Source of the DNA: Azolla caroliniana
Lineage: Eukaryota; Plantae; Polypodiophyta
Direction: 5' to 3'
Length of the DNA stretch: 64,000 nucleotides
Assembly (NCBI GenBank): GCA_043228905.1
Contig: JBHGNT010000004.1
Coordinates: 8,866,001-8,930,000, forward strand
Both the position numbers and the translations under genes were made by a program. The notes below the pieces were generated by a model. The model made no database searches. It was not told the origin of the DNA and worked only from the letters and a program-made list of their open reading frames with translations. Positions 25,204 through 34,207 of this stretch are shown one piece after another. Within the stretch, counting starts at the first letter, position 1, and the number at the start of each line of letters is the position of its first letter.

Positions 25204-25885
25204 TGTAAAGAATTGACGCTATCAAATCTTTCGCCTCTCGGCCACAACCGAGACAACACGGATCAATGCAGCAGAAAAATAAAAACAAAGACACAGAGAG
25301 ATGAATACACAGGGTATAACGTGGAAAACCCTAAACGGGAAAAACCACGGGAGTGCACGACTCCAACTACCACTATACACTGGAACATACAATGGCGAGC
25401 TGCAAGGCGACGACCTTGAGCTCGCTGTCCTCGCCACAGGCGGCGGTATTACACAGAGGCGTCGACCTCTTCGTTTCTCTCTCTCTCTCTCTCTCTCTCG
25501 GCTGCTCTCACTTCGCTCCCTCTAAGTGGAAAAACAGAAAATGAGCAACAACAGTAAAACTGTTTGCCCTAAGTCATATTTATACGCATATGACTTTCGG
25601 GCTATTTACAAATATAGCCTCAAGGGCCCTTGGCAAACATATTCACAAATATGTCCCCGCATCCGGATCTCGCTCCGGGTACATACATCATCCGGCTCCG
25701 TAGCCGGGGTCTTCATCATCCGGCTCCGTAGCCGGGTACTCTTCATCATCCGGCTCCGTAGCCGGGTACTCTTCATCATCCGGCTCCGTAGCCGGGTACT
25801 CTTCATCATCCGGCTCCGTAACGGTCTCCGGGCTTGCCGTCATTCATCTCCGGACATCCCATCCGGAGGGACCGCAATCCCAACA
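25204..25885 (-). repeat. 3' LTR (682 bp) with a 30-bp U3 tandem array
   Basis: CTTCATCATCCGGCTCCGTAGCCGGGTACT x3 full units at 25711-25800, plus partial flanking units. Confidence 0.95.
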
Positions 25886-25895
25886 AACTCCCCCT

Positions 25896-28800
25896 TCACT
25901 TCGGCATGGGATGTCTCTCCAATCCGATCCTCTTCCGGCATGCTTCCAGCTTGTCGGGTGTGAGCACCTTGGTCAGCATATCCGACCCGTTCTCGTCCGT
26001 GTGGACCTTCGTCAGCACGAACTCCTTGTCTTCTATCCTTTCCCGGATCCAGTGATATCTTCGCTGGATGTGCTTCGTCCGGGAGTGATAGGCCGCGTTC
26101 TTCGCAAGGTGGATTGCACTCTGACTGTCGCAGTAGAGTCGGTACTCCTCCTGCCGGATACCGAGCTCTCTAATGAAGTCCTTCATCCATATTACTTCCT
26201 TGCCGGCTTCAACAGCTGCCATGTACTCCGCCTCCGTGGTTGACAACGCAACCGTCTTCTGCAGCCTCGACTGCCACGAAACGGCTCCCCCTGCATACGT
26301 CATCACATACCCTGATGTGGACCGGCTGGTATCTGCATCAGCCGACATATCCGAATCGGTGAAGCCGTCGAGTTCGGGCTTACCGGAGCCGAATCGGAGG
26401 CACACATTCGCTGTGCCCTTCAGGTATCGGAGTATCCACTTGACCGCGTTCCAATGCTCTTTGCCGGGATTGCTCATGTACCGGCTCACCACTCCGACTG
26501 CATATCCTATATCCGGTCTCGTACACACCATGGCGTACATCAAGCTCCCGACGGCTGAGGCATACGGTACTTTCATCATATCCTCCTTTTCAGCTTTTGT
26601 CTTGGGACATTGCTTGCTGGACAGCTTGCAGTTTGCCGGGAGGGTCGATCCGACCGGTCTTGCTTCCGACATGTTGAACCGGTGAAGCATCTTCGTCACG
26701 TACTTCTCCTGTGACAGCCACAACTGCTTCTTCTTCCGGTCCCGGATGATGTGCATCCCTAGTATTTGCCTCGCCGGACCCAGGTCCTTCATTGAGAAGG
26801 TTCGGTGAAGAGCCTTCTTCAGCATCCGTATCTTTACCTGGTCCCGTCCGACGATCAACATGTCGTCCACGTACAGGAGGAGTATTAGAAAGTCTCCTCC
26901 TTCGAACTTCTTCACAAACACGCAGTGGTCAGACTGCGTTTTGAGGTACCCTTCGTCGGTCATGAAGGAGTCGAACTTCCGGTACCATTGCCGGGGAGCC
27001 TGCTTCAGTCCGTAAAGGCTCTTCTTCAACCGGCATACCAGGTGCTCCTTCCCTTTCTTCTCGAATCCTTCCGGTTGCTGCATGTAGATCTCTTCTTCGA
27101 GGTCACCGTGAAGGAATGCCGTCTTCACGTCCATCTGTTCTACCTCGAGGTCCATGCTTGCCGCTATGCTCAGCACCGTCCGGATGGAGGTCATCTTCAC
27201 TACCGGGGCAAATATCTCGTCGAAGTCGACGCCCTTCTTCTGCTGAAACCCCTTCACCACGATCCGGGCTTTGTATCTCGGGGGGTTTCCGGCATCTCCC
27301 GGTTTCAGCTTGAACACCCACTTGTTTCGAAGTGCCCGCTTTCCTTTCGGCAACTCCACAAGTTCATATGTGTGGTTCTCATGCAGGGAATCCATCTCGT
27401 CCTGCATGGCACTTAACCACCTGCGGCTCTGGGTGTCGTGCTTTGCTTCTTCAAAGCTCTCCGGCTCCCCCTCGTCGGTTAGCAGCACGTGCTCTGGTTC
27501 CGGAAATCTCCGGGGGGCCCTTCTCTCTCTTAGAGGATATCTCCGTTCGGGAGCTTCGGTAACCGGTTCTTCCGATTCTTCTTCTTCATCCGAATCCATT
27601 TCGGGATCGGGGCCGGTTCCGGTATCATTTTCATCTTCTTCAGCCGGTTCTGTTTCTTCACCGTCTTCGGCCGGGTCTTCGAGTGTTAACCGGTCCCTTG
27701 CCGGTCGGGACTGCTCCTCGTAGAGTTTATCCTCACCGGTCGACTTGGAGCTCTTCATCTTCTTCTCCGACTCCCAGTCGGCGAGCGTCTTGTCCTCCAT
27801 GAAAATGATATCTCGACTCCTGAATATCTTCTTGTCGACCGGGTCCCATACTCGGTAGCCGAACTCGTCGTCGCCGTAACCGAGGAATATGCATGGCCGG
27901 GTCTTTGGATCTAACTTTCCTCTCCGGTCCTTTGCCACATGCACGTATGTGAGACACCCGAACACCTTCAGATGCCGGTAGGACACTTCCTTACCGGTCC
28001 ACACTTTCTGCGGCGTGTCTCCGTCCAAAGGTACTGAGGGTGATCTATTTATCACATACGTCGCCGTCGACATTGCCTCAGCCCAAAATCCCTTGGGTAG
28101 TTTCGCATGCGCTAGCATACTCCGGACCCTCTCCATTATGGTCCGGTTCATCCTCTCGGCCAGCCCGTTCAGTTCCGGCGTCTTCGGCACAGTAAACTCG
28201 AGCCGGATTCCCTTCGAGCGACAGTACTCCTGGAACTGCCCCCGGTATTCCCCTCCGTTATCCGCTCGTATCGCTTTCAGCTTCTTGCCGGATTCTCTTT
28301 CCACTCTCGCGTGGAGTTCTCTGAAGACGGACAACACTTGGTCCTTTGTCTTCAACGGTGCCGTCCACAGCTTCCGGCTGTGATCATCAATGAATGTCAC
28401 GAAGTACTGGGCTCCGCCATGTGACTTCGTTTCTACCTGACACACATCAGTGTGCACCAGCTCCAAGGGTGCGCTACGTCTCGTCGGTGGCCTTGAGTGG
28501 AAGGAGGTTCGGTTCTGCTTACCGGCCAGGCAATCGGTGCACTTCTCCAGGTGCACATGCTTCACTGGAATGAGGTTGTCTTCTACAAGCCTCTTCATCC
28601 CCTTCTCACTCATGTGGCACAGTCTCTTGTGCCACAGCTCACCGGCAGTGTCGGCTGCCACGTTCAGCTCCTCCGGACATAGCCGGGAATTCATCAGGTA
28701 CAGTGTGTTGACCTTCCGGGCCCGAGCCACTATCAGGCTCCCCTTGCTGAACTTCATGACACCGTTCCGGATGCTACCCGTGTAGCCTTCATCATCTAGC

Positions 28801-29972
28801 CTCCCGGCCGAGATCAGGTTCAATCGGACCTCCGGAACGTGTCGCACATCCTTCAGCAGCATCTTGCATCCGGTTGATGTCATCAGCCACACGTCTCCTA
28901 TGCCGGCAATCCGGCATGTGCCTTCATTTCCCATCCGGACACAGCCATGTTCACCGGCTGTGTAGGATGAGAAGTATTTCTTCTCCGGGGTCAGGTGGAA
29001 CGACGCTCCGGAATCGACCACCCAGGTCATCTCTACGCCGGCAAGGTTCAGCTCCCTCTCTTCGGTAATGAGCATTATCTCTTCTTCACTTGCCGCGAGT
29101 GCCGTCGTTCCTTTCCGGTCCTGCCCTCGCCGATCCGGACCTCTCCGGTCCGTGGCTCCCCGGTATGCACCGTTTCTCTCCGGTGACTTCTTCGAATCGG
29201 CGTCGTCGGCTCCGTTGTCCTTTCGGTAATGCCGACAATTCTTCCGGAAGTGCCCCGGCTTCCCACAGTGGAAGCAAATGGGTCTTCCTCTTGACTGCGA
29301 CCGGGTCCCTGACTTCTCCCGTCTTTGCGGACTCCGGTTCCAGTGTCTTCCCCGTTCCGATTCGGTAAGCAGCGCCTTCGAGTCGGAGGCCGGTTCTTTA
29401 TCTCTCCGACGCGCTTCTTCATTTAGAATACTTGTCTTTACCGTTTGTAGGGACAAGTTGTCTTCCGTGCAGGAGGTGCTGAGAGTCACCACCAAATTCT
29501 CCCAGCTGTCCGGCAATGTACACATCAGGATGATGGCTTGCATTGCATCCTCCAACGGGAACTTGATCGCCGCAAGCTGGTTCACGAATCCCATGAACGT
29601 GCTTACGTGTTCCACCATACTCTCGCCGTCCCGGTACTTGAGGTTCACTATCTTTCTCATCAGGGAGGTCCGGTTCAACGCATTCTTCCTCTCATAGAGG
29701 CCCGACAGCTTCTTCCACATCTCATAGGCGTTCGTATCGTTCGCCACATGTTGCAGGACACTTACATCGACATATTGCCGGATCGTCGCTACTGCTTTCC
29801 GGTTCAGGAGCTTCCACTCCGACTCAAGTACTCCCTTCGGTATTTCCGACCTGTCAATCGGTTCGTACAGGTCCCGAACAATCAGAAGATCCTCCATCTT
29901 GATCTTCCAGTCGGCGTAATTCTGCGCATTCAGCACCATCATTCCCGGCTGCCCGCTACCGCCGCCTTCCAT
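25896..29972 (-). CDS. gag-pol: Copia Gag-Pol polyprotein (Gag, CCHC, protease, integrase, RT, RNase H), about 1358 aa from the first ATG after the PBS
   Basis: Open frame 25896-30059; ATG at 29972 (MEGGGSGQ); CFHCGKPGHFRKNC, VDSGAS, LWHKRLCH, DNGGEY, LYVDD, TDSD...KHI motifs. Confidence 0.97.
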   Translation of the reverse strand: MEGGGSGQPGMMVLNAQNYADWKIKMEDLLIVRDLYEPIDRSEIPKGVLESEWKLLNRKAVATIRQYVDVSVLQHVANDTNAYEMWKKLSGLYERKNALNRTSLMRKIVNLKYRDGESMVEHVSTFMGFVNQLAAIKFPLEDAMQAIILMCTLPDSWENLVVTLSTSCTEDNLSLQTVKTSILNEEARRRDKEPASDSKALLTESERGRHWNRSPQRREKSGTRSQSRGRPICFHCGKPGHFRKNCRHYRKDNGADDADSKKSPERNGAYRGATDRRGPDRRGQDRKGTTALAASEEEIMLITEERELNLAGVEMTWVVDSGASFHLTPEKKYFSSYTAGEHGCVRMGNEGTCRIAGIGDVWLMTSTGCKMLLKDVRHVPEVRLNLISAGRLDDEGYTGSIRNGVMKFSKGSLIVARARKVNTLYLMNSRLCPEELNVAADTAGELWHKRLCHMSEKGMKRLVEDNLIPVKHVHLEKCTDCLAGKQNRTSFHSRPPTRRSAPLELVHTDVCQVETKSHGGAQYFVTFIDDHSRKLWTAPLKTKDQVLSVFRELHARVERESGKKLKAIRADNGGEYRGQFQEYCRSKGIRLEFTVPKTPELNGLAERMNRTIMERVRSMLAHAKLPKGFWAEAMSTATYVINRSPSVPLDGDTPQKVWTGKEVSYRHLKVFGCLTYVHVAKDRRGKLDPKTRPCIFLGYGDDEFGYRVWDPVDKKIFRSRDIIFMEDKTLADWESEKKMKSSKSTGEDKLYEEQSRPARDRLTLEDPAEDGEETEPAEEDENDTGTGPDPEMDSDEEEESEEPVTEAPERRYPLRERRAPRRFPEPEHVLLTDEGEPESFEEAKHDTQSRRWLSAMQDEMDSLHENHTYELVELPKGKRALRNKWVFKLKPGDAGNPPRYKARIVVKGFQQKKGVDFDEIFAPVVKMTSIRTVLSIAASMDLEVEQMDVKTAFLHGDLEEEIYMQQPEGFEKKGKEHLVCRLKKSLYGLKQAPRQWYRKFDSFMTDEGYLKTQSDHCVFVKKFEGGDFLILLLYVDDMLIVGRDQVKIRMLKKALHRTFSMKDLGPARQILGMHIIRDRKKKQLWLSQEKYVTKMLHRFNMSEARPVGSTLPANCKLSSKQCPKTKAEKEDMMKVPYASAVGSLMYAMVCTRPDIGYAVGVVSRYMSNPGKEHWNAVKWILRYLKGTANVCLRFGSGKPELDGFTDSDMSADADTSRSTSGYVMTYAGGAVSWQSRLQKTVALSTTEAEYMAAVEAGKEVIWMKDFIRELGIRQEEYRLYCDSQSAIHLAKNAAYHSRTKHIQRRYHWIRERIEDKEFVLTKVHTDENGSDMLTKVLTPDKLEACRKRIGLERHPMPK

Positions 29973-30003
29973 CTTCTGTGTTATCGTCGCTCTGATACCA
30001 CTT

Positions 30004-30655
30004 TGTAAAGAATTGACGCTATCAAATCTTTCGCCTCTCGGCCACAACCGAGACAACACGGATCAATGCAGCAGAAAAATAAAAACAAAGACACAGAGAG
30101 ATGAATACACAGGGTATAACGTGGAAAACCCTAAACGGGAAAAACCACGGGAGTGCACGACTCCAACTACCACTATACACTGGAACATACAATGGCGAGC
30201 TGCAAGGCGACGACCTTGAGCTCGCTGTCCTCGCCACAGGCGGCGGTATTACACAGAGGCGTCGACCTCTTCGTTTCTCTCTCTCTCTCTCTCTCTCTCG
30301 GCTGCTCTCACTTCGCTCCCTCTAAGTGGAAAAACAGAAAATGAGCAACAACAGTAAAACTGTTTGCCCTAAGTCATATTTATACGCATATGACTTTCGG
30401 GCTATTTACAAATATAGCCTCAAGGGCCCTTGGCAAACATATTCACAAATATGTCCCCGCATCCGGATCTCGCTCCGGGTACATACATCATCCGGCTCCG
30501 TAGCCGGGGTCTTCATCATCCGGCTCCGTAGCCGGGTACTCTTCATCATCCGGCTCCGTAGCCGGGTACTCTTCATCATCCGGCTCCGTAACGGTCTCCG
30601 GGCTTGCCGTCATTCATCTCCGGACATCCCATCCGGAGGGACCGCAATCCCAACA
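30004..30655 (-). repeat. 5' LTR (652 bp)
   Basis: Copy of 25204-25885 with two full 30-bp units instead of three. Confidence 0.95.
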
Positions 30656-31681
30656 ATACCCACTCACCATCCACTTCAAATGGATGGTGGATCTAGTCTC
30701 GATGCCAATGGGAGTGGCACAAATGAAGTCCTTAGTGCTGGCAAGAGAAGACTTGACAAATCAAGTGGAAGGACGAGCCTTGACTAATAAGACGACTTCA
30801 GTCGTTTGCAAATTTCTACTTGAAGAGGTTGTGTGGGGAAGATAGTGGCCGACCGAGGGGACTTAGATGCGCATGAAGCGACGGAGCTCTTCGAACGACT
30901 AGGCGTGAAGCTCTCCCTCATGACTGCCTACAATCCGGAAGCGAATGGGAAGATCGAGCGAGGGCATGGACCTATCGTCAAAGCCATCGTACGGGCATGC
31001 AACGGTCGAGTCGGGAATTGGCCATGACTATTACCCTATGCCTTGTGGGCCAACAGAACGACACATAGCTCGGTGACAGGGTATATGCCGACAAAGTTTA
31101 TGTATGGACAAAAACCAGTAATGCCCATCGAAAGGACGATCGCCTCATGGGTAGCATTACCATGGGAGAACGAGATGAGCCGAGAAGAGTTATTAGCGGC
31201 GCGGATAAGGCAACTTGAAAAAAGACCTAAAGATCTAGAAAAAGCGCGAAAGATGATGGAGGCAGCCCGAGTAAAGAACAAAGTTCGGTTCGACAACACG
31301 CATCGACTTCGTCCCAAGAAGATTGAAGAAGGAGATTGGGTTTTGGTTTACGACAACAACCTTGACAATCAACATAGTCAACAAGAAAGTTCGCAAGAAG
31401 ATGGTTCGGGTCGTATGTGGTGACAAGTGACAATGATAATGCTACATACCACCTTGCAGAGCTAAACGGATCAAGGTTGGTCGTACCCATTGCGGGAAAA
31501 AGAGTAAAGATTTTTCAAGAAAAGACAAGACGAGGATCCTGACCTCGATCACCTTGACGATGAACATAATAGGGCGGATGTAAATGAAGACATGGAGGAA
31601 TCTGATTGATCACCGTAGCGGAAATCTCACTTTCTCTCTTCTTGGCACATACCGGAGGACATGCGGTTTGGTGGGGGTGGA

Positions 31682-32796
31682 TGTCGTGAAAATTTTCGGC
31701 AACGGTGTGAAAATTACATAAGACGTACGAAATCAAGTGTCAATCATATAAAACAATAATAGTGAATATACTGATTCTAAGTAAGTTTAATATCTTAGTA
31801 CAAAAGACGAAGATCTTGAAGAGATGCACTTTACTACATAAGAAAGGGACATCGAAGTGACAAGTTATCTAGGAGTGAAGTATGAGAAGGAAGAAGAGAA
31901 AAATAAAACTGTGAGATATCCCACATAGACAGGAAATAAGGATCTCACAATATATAAGGTAGAGCAAAAGTTATTATCTTTGTGTCTATGTGTGGAGCAT
32001 AGAGAGTTCAAGGTGACTTGAACTAAGCCATTGGATGAATGGGTGTGGCCTAGCTACTTGCAAAGGTTTTGCCCAACCAAAACTGGCATCCGGTAATAGA
32101 ACTGGGACCCGGTGACCGAACGGTAACCCGCATCCGGCATCCGGCGACCGACGGTAACCGACGTCTGGCAAACTAACGTCATCCGGCATCCGGCGACCGG
32201 ATAGATATATAAATAAATAAATAAATATATGTATACACATATATATATACACAAGGAGTGCAAGTGTGGATTCGAACCTTGCACCTCCTAATTAAGAGTT
32301 AGTAGGCTTACCACTAAGCCATATCATTTAGTTGAATTTTTATTTCTATCATTGTACTTTTACATGTAAATTCTCATACATGAGAGCTAAAATGAGTGAC
32401 ATGGTTATCATGCACCACATGTAATACATGAGCGCCAAATGGCAAACATGCATTTTATGCATGTCTTGTACCCTCACATGCATCATATGCATGAGAGAAT
32501 CTATAAAAGAGGGGGATGGAAAAGAAGAAGGGTTAGGCTCTTTTGATTATGAAATTAAGAAGAAGAAAATTCGTTATCGAATTGATCGGTGTAACTTGTT
32601 TCTGAAATCTAAAGTCAAGAGTTCTTACTCTCTCTCTCAATCTAAAATCAAGCGTTCTATCTTTTCTCAATCTCTCTCTCTTTCAATCTATCTTAATTCC
32701 TTTCTCGCTAAAGCTTGTGCCAATGTCGAATCCTCCAGTCCAGAACCCCGGCGGTTCCGCCTCATGATCCGCGCATAGTTCCGGATCTTCATGACA
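31682..32796 (+). repeat. 3' LTR of Phygy-like family A (1115 bp)
   Basis: Direct repeat of 9116-10393; follows the PPT. Confidence 0.9.
32254..32325 (-). promoter_or_regulatory. tRNA(Lys-CTT)-like Pol III cassette in 3' LTR U3
   Basis: Minus strand: consensus A-box TGGCTTAGTGG (32321-32311) and B-box GGTTCGAATCC (32278-32268); D-arm GGCT/AGCC; anticodon-like arm CTAA-CTCTTAA-TTAG; no acceptor stem. Confidence 0.75.
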
Positions 32797-33238
32797 ACGT
32801 GAACCGGACTTGCATCCCCTGGTCGACAATCTGCCCAACCGACACCAGATTCTTCGTGATTGTCAAGACGTGTAACACGTTCATGAGTTTCCCTTTTTGC
32901 CCGACATGGCTCAGGGGAACTTCACCGACATTCTCGATCGGATGTGGAGTGTCGTCTGTTGCTGCGACTACTCCCGGTTGCATCAGTTTTGCAAGGTATG
33001 AGAACCACTCGTTATGGCTCATCATGTGGTTTGACGCACCTGAGTCAACGTATCACACACCTCGTTGTCGCGTTGTTACGCGCGTGCGTGGAGAAAGGCG
33101 GGACCACGGGGGTCTTGGACTAGGGGGTGACAGAGCGTAGGAAGTCGTACTTCACCGTTTCCGGGGCATCCCAGAAGGACACCGGAAGCAACCGAAGGGA
33201 GAGGGAGAAAGAGAGGGAGTGCGCGTTTGACACCGACT

Positions 33239-33276
<38 letters not shown>

Positions 33277-33322
33277 CCGACCCGACTCACGCCCTTATGT
33301 ATAGGAAACACAGGAAAAGGGG

Positions 33323-34207
33323 AAGCACCCGACACCAACAGAGACACCAATATACACAGACAGACGCAAATGTATATATATAAAAGGAAGAATACATTCC
33401 CGGCTTCGAGCCGGACCAAGGTAGGTTACAGTAGTCGTCGGCTTCCAAGCCGCAGCTCGGGAGCTCACGGGCTTGTCGCGTCGAGCGGGGTCTTGCGCAG
33501 GAGACGAGCTTAAGCCAACCCTAAGCGAACACGAAGGGGGAGAAGAAGAAGAAGAAGAAGTAACCCTAAATCTAGCAGGATACCCTCTAACGCAAAATGG
33601 GCAACCCCTTTCTCAAAGGGCGCTCCCTTCCTTTTATAGAACAAGGAGAGGGATGCGTTACAATGTGGGATAAATCCCGACTTACGTGGGATCGTCTGTC
33701 CCGACTTGACTACTCTTCAGCGCCATAAAGGCGCCCTCGTTATTCACACTAAATGTACAAGGGTGAAGCACCCGACACCAACAGAGACACCAATATACAC
33801 AGACAGACGCAAATGTATATATATAAAAGGAAGAATACATTCCCGGCTTCGAGCCGGACCAAGGTAGGTTACAGTAGTCGTCGGCTGCCAAGCCGCAGGT
33901 CGGGAGCTCATCGGCTTGTCGCGCCGAGCGGGGTCTTGCACAGGAGACAAGCTGAAGCCAACCCTAAGCGAACACGAAGGGGGAGAAGAAGAAGAAGTAA
34001 CCCTAAATCTAGCGAGATACCCTCTAACGCAAAATGGGCAACCCCTTTCTCAAAGGGCGCTCCCTTCCTTTTATAGAACAAGGAGAGGGATGCGTTACAA
34101 TGTGGGATAAATCCCGACTTACATGGGATCGTCTGTCCCGACTTGACTACTCTTCGGTGCCATAAAGGCGCCCTCGTTATTCACACTAAATGTACAAGGG
34201 TGAACAC
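33323..34207 (-). repeat. Head-to-tail tandem pair of an LTR-like unit of about 443 bp
   Basis: Unit runs TGAAGCACCC...GGGTGAACA, with copies overlapping at TGAA; each has a minus-strand TATA box CTATAAAAG. Confidence 0.85.

Larger units (their letters stand above)
25204..30655 (-). mobile_element. Very young full-length Tork/Tnt1-like Copia
   Basis: Perfect TSD ATACC; LTRs 25204-25885 and 30004-30655, apparently identical except for one 30-bp repeat unit; PBS tRNA-iMet at 29989-30000; PPT at 25886-25896; intact ORF. Confidence 0.97.
9116..32796 (+). mobile_element. Phygy-like Ty3/Gypsy element (family A) with both LTRs, degenerate, carrying three nested insertions
   Basis: LTRs 9116-10393 and 31682-32796 (TGTCRTGA...TCAYGACA); PBS tRNA-Trp at 10402-10419; PPT GGTGGGGGTGGA at 31670-31681; 4-bp TSD GCGT/ACGT restores the host reading VRFT|HLGCF; gag CVWCDSMDHMRRDC, RT YSNRWF and PFLDD, RNase H, integrase. 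Confidence 0.9.

Noticed and set aside
25326-25336. Telomeric repeats
   Set aside because: Isolated AACCCTAA/TTAGGGTT motifs in LTRs, not arrays.
25686-25820. CRISPR array, or the repetitive ORF 25526-25963
   Set aside because: Head-to-tail 30-mers without spacers inside an LTR; the ORF is a by-product of a unit length divisible by three.
32254-32325. Functional tRNA-Lys gene (and tRNA genes at the other cassettes)
   Set aside because: No acceptor stem or canonical T-stem, and the sequence is duplicated as part of the LTRs; reported as tRNA-like promoter cassettes instead.
33323-34207. Hammerhead ribozyme (retrozyme) in the tandem LTR-like units
   Set aside because: A minus-strand CTGAAGAG occurs in only one copy and no correctly placed GAAA core was found.
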